Below, in pieces: positions 55,299-64,000 of a stretch of 64,000 nucleotides of DNA. The stretch lies in assembly GCA_963557735.1 (NCBI GenBank), contig CAUWEA010000005.1, positions 593 through 64,592 of the forward strand, given 5' to 3'. The stretch comes from an uncultured Faecalimonas sp. GTDB taxonomy: Bacteria > Bacillota > Clostridia > Lachnospirales > Lachnospiraceae. The translations under genes were made by a program, and so were the position numbers. The notes under the pieces are model-generated. The model was not told the DNA's origin. It made no database searches and was given only the letters and a program-made list of their open reading frames with translations. The number at the start of each line of letters is the position of its first letter. The first letter of the stretch is position 1.

Positions 55299-57521
55299 TT
55301 ACAGGACGCTTTCATACCGCTCCCGGATTGCTTCTGCCAGGCTCGTATACCGTTTCTGCTCACTCTGATTCTGGATCATCTCGTAAAAAGTACGTTCATC
55401 TCCTACCAGTGTAACACATTTTTTTGCCCTTGTGATCGCTGTATATAATAAATTTCTATGATATAAAAGTCTTGGTCCCGGTAAAAGCGGGATCACAACT
55501 GCCGGATATTCACTTCCCTGCGATTTATGTATTGTGATTGCGTATGCCAGTTCCAGCTCTTCCAGCATTTTAAATGAATACTCTACTTTCTTTCCTTCCT
55601 CGTATTCTACGGTCATGATTTCCTGATAATGGTCGATCTTCTTTACGATCCCCATATCCCCGTTGAAAACACCAACCCCTTTGTCGACAGTCAATCCGTA
55701 TTTTGTACATACCTCCCACTCCAGCTGGTAGTTATTTTTGATCTGCATCACTTTATCGCCAACACGGAATTTCTTATTTCCATACTCTTTTTCCTCTTTC
55801 TTCCGATCTGGTGGATTCAGATATTCCTGCAGAATCACATTAAGCCTCTCCACACCGATCAATCCCTTTTTCATCGGTGTCAACACTTGTATCTCATGCA
55901 TCGGTGCATCCACATATTTTGGCATTTTTTCCTTTACCAGCTGAATGACAATACTGATGATCACATTTGCATCCTGCCGCTTCAGGAAAAAGAAGTCTCT
56001 TCCTTTATTTTCCAGGCTGACCGGCTCTCCTTTATTGATCTTATGGGCATTGACAACAATATCGCTCTCCCCCGCCTGACGGAAAATCTTATTGAGTCTT
56101 ACCACCGGAAAGCAGTCGGATTTTATCATGTCCTTCAACACGCTGCCCGGCCCCACAGACGGAAGCTGGTTTACATCCCCCACAAGAACCAGATGTGTCC
56201 CTGGCATTACTGCCTTTAGAAGTGCATGGAACAGCGGCAGATCTACCATCGACATTTCATCGATGATGATCACATCTGCCTCTAGCGGATTTTCTTCATT
56301 TCTCCCGAATCCGCCCGCCTGATCTGCCTCCGGATTTCCGTTGACTTCCAGCAGTCTGTGAAGCGTCTGCGCCTCACATCCGGTCGCCTCTGTCATCCGC
56401 TTTGCCGCACGTCCCGTTGGAGCTGCCAGATAAATATTCATTCCTTCGCTCTCAAAGAAATGGATCATCGCATTGATCGTCGTTGTCTTTCCAGTTCCCG
56501 GGCCTCCGGTCAGAACAAGCAGACCGTTTTTCACTGCCTCTTTCACTGCCGTCCGCTGCAATTCATCCAGCGACAATTCTGCATACGCTTCAATCTTCGT
56601 CAGCCGCTTTTCCAGATAGTATTCTCCCACCTCATTTTTGATATCCAGCTCGTACAACATTTTTGCCGTATTTAATTCTAAATAGTAGAAATGTGAGGCA
56701 TAGACCCTCTTTCCTTCCGGCTTTTCTTTGACGACAATCTTCTTTTCCATACAAAGATCCATCAAATGCCGTTCCATGTCTTCGATCTCAACCTGCAAAA
56801 GCTGACTTGTCCGCGCAAGCAGCGTCTGTTCCGGAAGATATACATGCCCTTCTCCAACCGCCTGAAGCAGTATGTAAAAAATACCGCTTCGGATCCGAAA
56901 ATCTGAGTCTGTATGGATCCCCACCTTCGCCGCGATTTCATCCGCTGTCTTAAATCCGACTCCTTCCACATGGTCTGCAAGCTGATATGGATTCTGTTCG
57001 ATCACACGGTAAATACTCTGCCCATAATGCTGATAAATCTTTGCCGCAAGCGTCGTAGAAATACCATACTTTTGTAAATACAGCATCGCCTGGCGCATCT
57101 CTTTCTTCTCCTCCACCTGAACGGTGATCTCTCTCGCCAGTCTTTCGCTGATCCCTTTGATCTCTGCAAGACGCTCCGGTTCTTCCTCGATGATCCGAAA
57201 CGTATCTCCTTTAAATTTTCTCACGATCCGCCCTGCCAGAGCACTGCCAAGTCCTTTGATCGCCCCGGACCCCAGATACACTTCGATGGAATGGAGATCC
57301 TCCGGTTCTTTCACACGGTACTCCTGCACCTGAAACTGTGATCCATATACTGCATGATTTGTGTATTCTCCAGAGATTTCCAGAAATTCTCCCTCACTGA
57401 TATAATGAAACATTCCGACACAAGTCAGCTCTCCATCCTCATTGTGCAGATGAAATACAGTATATCCATTGTCTTCATTCCGGAACACAATATGTTCCAC
57501 ATACCCGATTATTTTCTCCAT
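55299..57521 (-). CDS. recD2: ATP-dependent RecD2 (SF1B) DNA helicase
   Basis: N-terminal F.NE.NGYTV, HhH region, TGGPGTGKTT, APTGRAAKR, DEMSM, GD..QLPSVG and AYAITIHKSQGSE motifs. Confidence 0.94.
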   Translation of the reverse strand: MEKIIGYVEHIVFRNEDNGYTVFHLHNEDGELTCVGMFHYISEGEFLEISGEYTNHAVYGSQFQVQEYRVKEPEDLHSIEVYLGSGAIKGLGSALAGRIVRKFKGDTFRIIEEEPERLAEIKGISERLAREITVQVEEKKEMRQAMLYLQKYGISTTLAAKIYQHYGQSIYRVIEQNPYQLADHVEGVGFKTADEIAAKVGIHTDSDFRIRSGIFYILLQAVGEGHVYLPEQTLLARTSQLLQVEIEDMERHLMDLCMEKKIVVKEKPEGKRVYASHFYYLELNTAKMLYELDIKNEVGEYYLEKRLTKIEAYAELSLDELQRTAVKEAVKNGLLVLTGGPGTGKTTTINAMIHFFESEGMNIYLAAPTGRAAKRMTEATGCEAQTLHRLLEVNGNPEADQAGGFGRNEENPLEADVIIIDEMSMVDLPLFHALLKAVMPGTHLVLVGDVNQLPSVGPGSVLKDMIKSDCFPVVRLNKIFRQAGESDIVVNAHKINKGEPVSLENKGRDFFFLKRQDANVIISIVIQLVKEKMPKYVDAPMHEIQVLTPMKKGLIGVERLNVILQEYLNPPDRKKEEKEYGNKKFRVGDKVMQIKNNYQLEWEVCTKYGLTVDKGVGVFNGDMGIVKKIDHYQEIMTVEYEEGKKVEYSFKMLEELELAYAITIHKSQGSEYPAVVIPLLPGPRLLYHRNLLYTAITRAKKCVTLVGDERTFYEMIQNQSEQKRYTSLAEAIRERYESVL

Positions 57522-57653
57522 CTTTCTGCTCTTTTCCTTTTCTTTTCAATCTGTTATTATCCTACCATGTTTTAAAAATCATGAAAACTCCTTTGCAAAT
57601 TGCTTCTGAGAAAATACAACTTTCTCTGATCTCCCTGAGATTTCACACAAAAA

Positions 57654-57737
57654 CTGCCGGAAAGTCATCCTCCCTCCGAACAGCCATCCATTTTACCTCC
57701 GGCTTACTGTTCTTCCGAATCTATCACTTTCCGGCAG
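57654..57737 (-). terminator. Long-loop inverted repeat after the mreB-like gene
   Basis: ctgccggaaagt / actttccggcag (12 bp, 60-nt loop) followed by TTTTT on the minus strand. Confidence 0.5.
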
Positions 57738-57774
57738 ACTATATCTCATACGTCCTGCTCTCTCCTGACATCGG

Positions 57775-58764
57775 TCAGAAATTCCTCCTTGCCCCAGTGA
57801 CTTCCGCAAACTGTCCGCTTCCCACTGCGACAACCTTCATCGGATCCTCTGTCACCATCGTGCGGATCCCCGTCTTTTCCTCGATCAGTTCATCCATTCC
57901 CCTGAGCAGCGCTCCGCCGCCGGTCAGCATGATCCCGCGCTCCAGAATATCTGCCGATAGTTCAGGCGGCGTCTGCTCCAGCACATGGATCACCGCCTCC
58001 ACGATCTGCTCTGCCACCTCCCGGAGTACTCCCTCTGTCTCTGAAGATGTGACCGTCACTGTCTTTGGAAGTCCGGTCACAATGTTCCGTCCCCGGACCT
58101 CCAATTCCAGCTCTTCTTCCGTCGGATACACTGTACCCACCTTGATCTTAATCTCTTCCGCAGTACGCTCTCCCACCAGCATATTTTGCTTTTTTCGCAT
58201 ATAGCGGGCGATCGCCTCATCAAAATCATCTCCAGCTGTCTTTACAGACGTGTGTACAACTGCTGCCCCAAGCGAAATCACTGCTACATCTGTCGTCCCG
58301 CCTCCGATATCGACGATCATGTTTCCAAATGGCTTCATAATATCAAGACCGGCTCCGATCGCCGCTGCCACCGGTTCTTCTACAAGACAGACTTCCCTCG
58401 CACCTGCAGCATAGGCAGCTTCTTCCACCGCTTTTTTCTCCACCTCTGTGATCTGGCACGGGACACAGATGCTGATCCGGGGTTTTTTGAGCATTCTTCG
58501 CCCAAGCGACTTCTGTACAAAATATTTGATCATCTTCTCTGTGACTGTATAGTCTGACACGACTCCTTTTTGCAAAGGTCTGACTGCGATCATATTTCCC
58601 GGCGTTCTGCCAAGCATCAGCCTTGCTTCTTCCCCGATTGCCCTTATCTCCTTCGTATTCCGGTCGATCGCCACTACCGCCGGCTCCTTTAATACGACTC
58701 CTTTTCCTTTCAGGAACACGAGCACACTCGCAGTTCCCAGATCAATTCCGATGTCTGCAGCCAT
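57775..58764 (-). CDS. mreB: MreB/Mbl family actin-like protein
   Basis: IGIDLGTA, VDIGGGTTDV, GERTAEEIK and LTGGGALL motifs. Confidence 0.92.
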   Translation of the reverse strand: MAADIGIDLGTASVLVFLKGKGVVLKEPAVVAIDRNTKEIRAIGEEARLMLGRTPGNMIAVRPLQKGVVSDYTVTEKMIKYFVQKSLGRRMLKKPRISICVPCQITEVEKKAVEEAAYAAGAREVCLVEEPVAAAIGAGLDIMKPFGNMIVDIGGGTTDVAVISLGAAVVHTSVKTAGDDFDEAIARYMRKKQNMLVGERTAEEIKIKVGTVYPTEEELELEVRGRNIVTGLPKTVTVTSSETEGVLREVAEQIVEAVIHVLEQTPPELSADILERGIMLTGGGALLRGMDELIEEKTGIRTMVTEDPMKVVAVGSGQFAEVTGARRNF

Positions 58765-58888
58765 CCCGACTCCCCTTTCTTTTCCGCTTCTTTCCGGTAC
58801 AACCTCTGATTCTTACACATACCCCATCGGTTCACACATCTTAATTCAATATGTTTCCTCCATCATCTCTGGTCCTGTCACATCCATG

Positions 58889-61735
58889 CTATTCTTGTGC
58901 CAGCATTGGTGCAATATATTTTCCGGTATAAGAATGTTCGGAAACCGCAATCTGCTCCGGCGTACCTTTCGCGATCACTGTACCGCCTTTGTCTCCTCCC
59001 TCCGGACCGATATCGATAATATAATCTGCTGTCTTGATCACATCCAAATTGTGCTCGATGACTACTACTGTATTTCCATCTGCGGAAAGCTTCTGTAAAA
59101 TCTCTGTAAGTTTGTGCACATCTGCAAAATGCAGTCCGGTTGTAGGCTCATCCAAAATATAGACTGTTCTTCCGGTACTCCGCTTGCTGAGTTCCGCCGC
59201 AAGCTTAATCCGCTGCGCTTCCCCTCCGGACAGTGTCGTGGACGGCTGTCCAAGACGGATATACGACAATCCCACATCATACAATGTCTCCATTTTTCTG
59301 CGGATACTCGGCACATTTTCAAAGAAATGCAGCGCCTCCTCCACAGTCATATTGAGCACATCATAAATATTTTTCCCTTTATATTTTACCTCCAACGTCT
59401 CGCGGTTATACCTCTTTCCATGACAAACTTCACAAGGTACGTACACGTCCGGCAAAAAGTGCATCTCAATCTTCAGAATTCCATCTCCGCTGCACGCCTC
59501 ACAGCGTCCGCCTTTCACATTAAAACTGAACCTTCCTTTCTTATACCCTCTTGCCTTTGCATCCGCCGTCGCAGCAAACAGATCCCGGATCAGATCGAAC
59601 ACACCCGTATAGGTCGCAGGATTGGATCTCGGTGTCCTTCCGATCGGGGACTGGTCAATATTGATCACCTTGTCCACCTGTTCCAGCCCTTCGATTCGCG
59701 TATGTTTTCCCGGAATCGTGCGGGCTCGGTTCAGTTCCTTCGCAAGCGCTTTATATAAAATCTCATTGACGAGCGAACTTTTTCCAGATCCGGAAACCCC
59801 AGTCACGCATGTCATAACCCCAAGCGGAATCTCCACATCGATGTTTTTCAGATTGTTCTCCTTCGCCCCGATGATTTTTAAAAATCCTTTTGGCTCCTTT
59901 CTCACATCCGGAACCGGAATCTTCCTCCTTCCACTCAGATAAGCGCCCGTCACCGATTTTTTATTTTTCATGATCTCTTTGGCAATACCTGCCGCCACGA
60001 CCTCTCCGCCATGTTCACCTGCCCCCGGACCGATGTCAACAATATAATCGGCTTCCTTCATCGTATCTTCATCATGTTCCACGACGATCAGCGTATTTCC
60101 AAGATCTCTCAGATGTTTCAGCGTCTTCAGCAGCTTGTCATTATCTCTCTGATGCAGACCGATACTCGGTTCATCCAGAATGTATGCCACACCTACAAGT
60201 CCGGAACCAATCTGTGTCGCCAGACGGATCCGCTGCGCCTCTCCTCCCGACAAGGTCCCCGTCGCCCGGGAAAGTGTGAGATAATCTAATCCCACATCCA
60301 TGAGAAAATTAGTCCGTGCTTTGATCTCCTTCAGGATCTGACCTCCGATCAGTTCCTGCGTCTCTGTCAGCACCAGCTCTCCCAGGAATTTCTGAAGTTT
60401 CTCAATCGATAATGCAGTCACTTCTGCAATGTTCATCCCGCCTACCGTAACGGCAAGCGCATCTTTTTTCAGGCGCTGCCCGCCGCAGGTATGGCACGGC
60501 GTAATCCTCATAAATGACTCATACTCTGCTTTCATTGTCTCAGATCCCGTCTCCCGGTAACGGCGCTCAACATTGCGGAGAAGCCCTTCAAATGCGACAT
60601 CATAGATTCCCTCACCGCGCTGCCCTTTGTAATATACCTTCACTTCTTTTCCATCGGTTCCGTGGATCAGCACATGCTTAATCTCCTCCGGATATTCCTC
60701 AAACGGTGTGTCCAGATCAAACTTGTACTCCTTACAAAGCGCCTCAAGAATTGCTCTTGTAAAGCTTCCCTTGTCGGTACATGACTGCCATCCGATCACA
60801 GCGATCGCACCTTCATTGATGCTCAGCTTCTGATCCGGAATCATCAGATCGATATCAAATTCCATCTTATATCCAAGTCCATAGCAATCCGGACATGCGC
60901 CAAACGGATTGTTAAATGAAAAGCTTCTCGGTTCGATCTCCTCGATACTGATCCCACAGTCCGGACATGCAAAACTCTGGCTGAAATTCAGCGTTTCTCC
61001 GCCGATCACATCGACCTGAAGCAGACCTTCTGCCAGTGTCAGTACGCTTTCGATCGAGTCTGACAACCGCTTTTCAATCCCTTCCCGGACGATCAGACGG
61101 TCCACCACAATTTCTATATGGTGTTTGATATTTTTATCCAGTGTGATCTCTTCTGTCAGCTCATACATATTTCCATCTACCCGCACACGGACATACCCAC
61201 TTCGCTTTGCCTTTTCAAACAACTTCGCGTGCGTTCCCTTACGCCCCCGCACTACCGGAGCGAGCAGCTGGATCTTCGTCCCTTCCGGCAGCTCCATAAT
61301 CTGATCTGTCATCTGATCCACTGTCTGCTTTTTGATTTCCTTTCCACACTTCGGACAGTGAGGAATACCGATCCGTGCATACAGCAACCGGAAGTAATCA
61401 TAAATCTCTGTCACAGTTCCGACTGTCGAACGCGGATTCCGGTTTGTAGACTTCTGGTCAATCGAGATTGCCGGAGAAAGTCCCTCGATACTCTCCACAT
61501 TCGGCTTTTCCATCTGCCCGAGAAACTGTCTGGCATAAGAAGATAACGATTCCATATACCTTCTCTGTCCCTCCGCATAAATCGTATCGAATGCCAGTGA
61601 AGATTTTCCCGATCCACTCAGCCCCGTCAATACAACAAGCTCATTTCTCGGAATATCCACATCTATATTTTTCAGATTATGCTCATTTGCACCTCTGATC
61701 TTAATGTATTGCTTTTTCTCTGATTTGCGTGCCAT
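58889..61735 (-). CDS. uvrA: Excinuclease ABC subunit A
   Basis: Two ABC ATPase domains ([18 protein letters not shown]), LSGGEAQR twice, zinc fingers. Confidence 0.98.
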   Translation of the reverse strand: MARKSEKKQYIKIRGANEHNLKNIDVDIPRNELVVLTGLSGSGKSSLAFDTIYAEGQRRYMESLSSYARQFLGQMEKPNVESIEGLSPAISIDQKSTNRNPRSTVGTVTEIYDYFRLLYARIGIPHCPKCGKEIKKQTVDQMTDQIMELPEGTKIQLLAPVVRGRKGTHAKLFEKAKRSGYVRVRVDGNMYELTEEITLDKNIKHHIEIVVDRLIVREGIEKRLSDSIESVLTLAEGLLQVDVIGGETLNFSQSFACPDCGISIEEIEPRSFSFNNPFGACPDCYGLGYKMEFDIDLMIPDQKLSINEGAIAVIGWQSCTDKGSFTRAILEALCKEYKFDLDTPFEEYPEEIKHVLIHGTDGKEVKVYYKGQRGEGIYDVAFEGLLRNVERRYRETGSETMKAEYESFMRITPCHTCGGQRLKKDALAVTVGGMNIAEVTALSIEKLQKFLGELVLTETQELIGGQILKEIKARTNFLMDVGLDYLTLSRATGTLSGGEAQRIRLATQIGSGLVGVAYILDEPSIGLHQRDNDKLLKTLKHLRDLGNTLIVVEHDEDTMKEADYIVDIGPGAGEHGGEVVAAGIAKEIMKNKKSVTGAYLSGRRKIPVPDVRKEPKGFLKIIGAKENNLKNIDVEIPLGVMTCVTGVSGSGKSSLVNEILYKALAKELNRARTIPGKHTRIEGLEQVDKVINIDQSPIGRTPRSNPATYTGVFDLIRDLFAATADAKARGYKKGRFSFNVKGGRCEACSGDGILKIEMHFLPDVYVPCEVCHGKRYNRETLEVKYKGKNIYDVLNMTVEEALHFFENVPSIRRKMETLYDVGLSYIRLGQPSTTLSGGEAQRIKLAAELSKRSTGRTVYILDEPTTGLHFADVHKLTEILQKLSADGNTVVVIEHNLDVIKTADYIIDIGPEGGDKGGTVIAKGTPEQIAVSEHSYTGKYIAPMLAQE

Positions 61736-61859
61736 CTCTTACCTCTTCTCTATTCTATTTCTCTATCGTTTGCTCTTCTGCGCTTTTTATTCCATCTTTT
61801 TCTTTTCTGGTCAGCTTTTCGTCATCTACAGCCCTGATCCTTTTTCTTTTTTCAGCATT

Positions 61860-63848
61860 TTAGTCTTCCAGTTCCTGCAGTTTCTTCTTAAATTCGATCA
61901 ACTGGTCTCTCAACTCTGCCGCCGCCTCAAAATTCAATTCTGCTGCCGCTTTCTTCATCTTCTTATTGATGTCCCTGATCACTGCCTGCAATTCCTTTTC
62001 ACTCATAGATTCCGGATCTTTTTCCAGTTTCATATCATCTGAAGAAACTTTCTTGGAAATACTGATCAGATCCCTCACAGACTTACGGATCGTCTGCGGA
62101 GTGATTCCATGTGCCTCATTATATTCCATCTGAACCTGACGCCTTCTCTTCGTCTCCTCGATGGCCGCTTTCATCGAATCTGTCATCGTATCTGCATACA
62201 TGATGACATGCCCCTCCGCATTTCTCGCAGCACGGCCGATCGTCTGGATCAGGGAAGTCTCTGAACGCAGAAATCCTTCCTTATCTGCATCAAGAATCGC
62301 GACAAGTGTGATCTCCGGAATATCCAGTCCTTCTCTCAAAAGGTTGATTCCTACAAGAACATCAAACACATCCATACGCATATCCCGAATAATCTCTGTC
62401 CGCTCCAGCGTGTCGATATCTGAATGAAGATATTTCACACGGATTCCAAGTTCTCTCATATAATCTGTTAAATCTTCTGCCATCCGCTTCGTCAAGGTTG
62501 TGATCAGAACTTTATTCTTCTTTGCGATCTCCTTGTTCACTTCACCGATCAGATCATCAATCTGACCTTCCACCGGGCGCACTTCCACTTCCGGATCAAG
62601 AAGTCCGGTCGGACGGATCACCTGTTCTGCCCGGAAAAGCTCATTTCTCTCCTCATATTCTCCCGGCGTCGCAGAAACAAACAGCATCTGGTTGACCTTA
62701 CTTTCGAATTCCTCAAAATTCAGAGGACGGTTGTCCATCGCCGATGGAAGCCTGAATCCATAATCCACCAAAGTCTTCTTGCGGGAGCGGTCCCCCGCAT
62801 ACATGCCTCCGATCTGCGGGATCGTCTTATGTGACTCATCGATCATAATGATGAAATCGTCCGGAAAATAATCGATCAGCGTATGCGGCGCCTCCCCCGG
62901 CTTCAACCCAGTCAGATGTCTCGAATAATTCTCAATCCCTGAACAGAATCCCGTCTCTCTCATCATCTCAATATCAAAATTCGTCCGCTCCGCAATCCTC
63001 TGTGCCTCCAGAAGCTTGTCCTCACTCTTAAAGTATCTGACCTGCTCCTCCAGTTCTTCCTCGATCGCCTTTGTTGCCCGGTCAATACTTTCCTTCGACA
63101 CAACATAATGGGATGCCGGAAAAATCGCAACATGGTTTAACTCGCTCTTAATCTCCCCGGTCAGCAGGTCGATCTCCGTAATACGCTCAATCTCATCCCC
63201 GAAAAATTCCACCCGGATCGCATAGTCTTCCGAGATTGCCGGGAAAATCTCCAGCACATCCCCTCTCACCCGGAATGTTCCCCGCTTAAAATCCATATCA
63301 TTTCTGTCATACTGGATCTCGATCAACTTCGCGATCACCTCATCCCGATCCTTGATCATGCCTGGTCTGAGCGAGATCACCATCTCCTGATAATCAATCG
63401 GCGAACCAAGCCCATAGATGCAGGACACACTCGCAACAATGATCACATCCCTCCGCTCTGACAATGCAGCCGTCGCAGAATGACGAAGTTTATCAATCTC
63501 ATCATTGATCGCAGAATCCTTGGCGATATAGGTGTCAGAAGATGGAACGTAGGCTTCCGGCTGGTAGTAATCGTAGTAGGATACAAAATATTCCACGGCA
63601 TTATTCGGGAAGAATTCTTTGAATTCTCCATATAACTGAGCCGCCAGAGTTTTATTATGCGCGATGATAAGTGTCGGTTTATTCAATTGTGCGATGACAT
63701 TCGCCATCGTAAATGTCTTACCCGAACCGGTGACACCAAGAAGGGTCTGGCACTGGTTACCTTCTTGAAAGCCCTTTACAAGCTGGTCAATGGCTTGTGG
63801 CTGGTCGCCGGTTGGGGCATATTCTGATACTAATTCAAAATGATCCAT
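61860..63848 (-). CDS. uvrB: Excinuclease ABC subunit B
   Basis: [33 protein letters not shown] and a C-terminal UVR domain. Confidence 0.98.
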   Translation of the reverse strand: MDHFELVSEYAPTGDQPQAIDQLVKGFQEGNQCQTLLGVTGSGKTFTMANVIAQLNKPTLIIAHNKTLAAQLYGEFKEFFPNNAVEYFVSYYDYYQPEAYVPSSDTYIAKDSAINDEIDKLRHSATAALSERRDVIIVASVSCIYGLGSPIDYQEMVISLRPGMIKDRDEVIAKLIEIQYDRNDMDFKRGTFRVRGDVLEIFPAISEDYAIRVEFFGDEIERITEIDLLTGEIKSELNHVAIFPASHYVVSKESIDRATKAIEEELEEQVRYFKSEDKLLEAQRIAERTNFDIEMMRETGFCSGIENYSRHLTGLKPGEAPHTLIDYFPDDFIIMIDESHKTIPQIGGMYAGDRSRKKTLVDYGFRLPSAMDNRPLNFEEFESKVNQMLFVSATPGEYEERNELFRAEQVIRPTGLLDPEVEVRPVEGQIDDLIGEVNKEIAKKNKVLITTLTKRMAEDLTDYMRELGIRVKYLHSDIDTLERTEIIRDMRMDVFDVLVGINLLREGLDIPEITLVAILDADKEGFLRSETSLIQTIGRAARNAEGHVIMYADTMTDSMKAAIEETKRRRQVQMEYNEAHGITPQTIRKSVRDLISISKKVSSDDMKLEKDPESMSEKELQAVIRDINKKMKKAAAELNFEAAAELRDQLIEFKKKLQELED

Positions 63849-64000
63849 ATAGTTCTCCTCTGTTTAAATCATCTCTCATTTATTCCAAATTCTTATCTTC
63901 TAATAATGTTTGTAGTTCCTCTTTACTAGGAAGTACTGTCTCATATTTACTCGCAAATATCTGATTATTGTCCTTAGGCAATGTCATTTCTACAATAGCA

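Noticed and set aside
24332-57665. Shared tgccggaaagt string in the ECF promoter spacer and the post-mreB inverted repeat
   Set aside because: An 11-bp match without the -35/-10 elements at the second site; likely chance.
59114-59758. 214-aa plus-strand ORF and other antisense ORFs over uvrA, uvrB, recD2 and asnB
   Set aside because: Fully antisense to highly conserved genes, with no recognisable motifs.
61736-61859. Polypyrimidine-rich uvrB-uvrA spacer as an ncRNA or small ORF
   Set aside because: No stable stem, RBS-ORF pair or recognisable RNA family; purine-rich minus-strand spacers occur throughout the window.
63849-64000. LexA (GAAC-N4-GTTC) box upstream of uvrB
   Set aside because: No convincing match in the available 150 bp; it could lie beyond the window edge.
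1-64000. Prophage, IS, integrative element, tRNA, rRNA or riboswitch
   Set aside because: No integrase, transposase or phage genes, no cloverleaf or rRNA-like sequence, and no leader long and structured enough that I could assign to a riboswitch family by eye; an Rfam scan would be needed to exclude one fully.

Overview
Chromosomal core region of a spore-forming Clostridia bacterium; gene content and order look like Lachnospiraceae (inference). Almost all genes are on the minus strand. From left to right: (1) the start of the dcw cluster (mraZ-rsmH-ftsL-PBP-spoVD-like PBP-mraY, the last cut by the window edge), a small membrane protein, DegV, a SEDS protein and asnB; (2) a plus-strand cotJABC operon and htrA; (3) a roughly 36 kb cell-wall rhamnose-polysaccharide locus (about 13.9-49.7 kb) with two cohesin-like/TM/polyacidic-tail proteins, two LCP ligases, a priming sugar-1-P transferase, several GT2s, rmlABCD, Wzm/Wzt, a GacIJKL-like side-chain module, a GacH/LtaS-like phosphoglycerol transferase, a pyruvyltransferase, two SLH-anchored autolysins and an embedded ECF sigma/anti-sigma pair; (4) a nucleotidyltransferase, HPr-like protein, cdaR-cdaA, two hypotheticals, ComF, RecD2, MreB-like, uvrA and uvrB. 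I found no CRISPR array, rRNA, tRNA, integrase or transposase. Nothing here can be shown to be a new system from sequence alone. The best candidates are the cohesin-TM-(D/E/Y) tail pair next to the LCPs, the AT-rich SLH-autolysin plus pyruvyltransferase cassette, the insulated ECF module, the inverted coiled-coil GT, and a hairpin that may gate spoVD expression. Some starts were moved from the ORF track to the codon with the best RBS.
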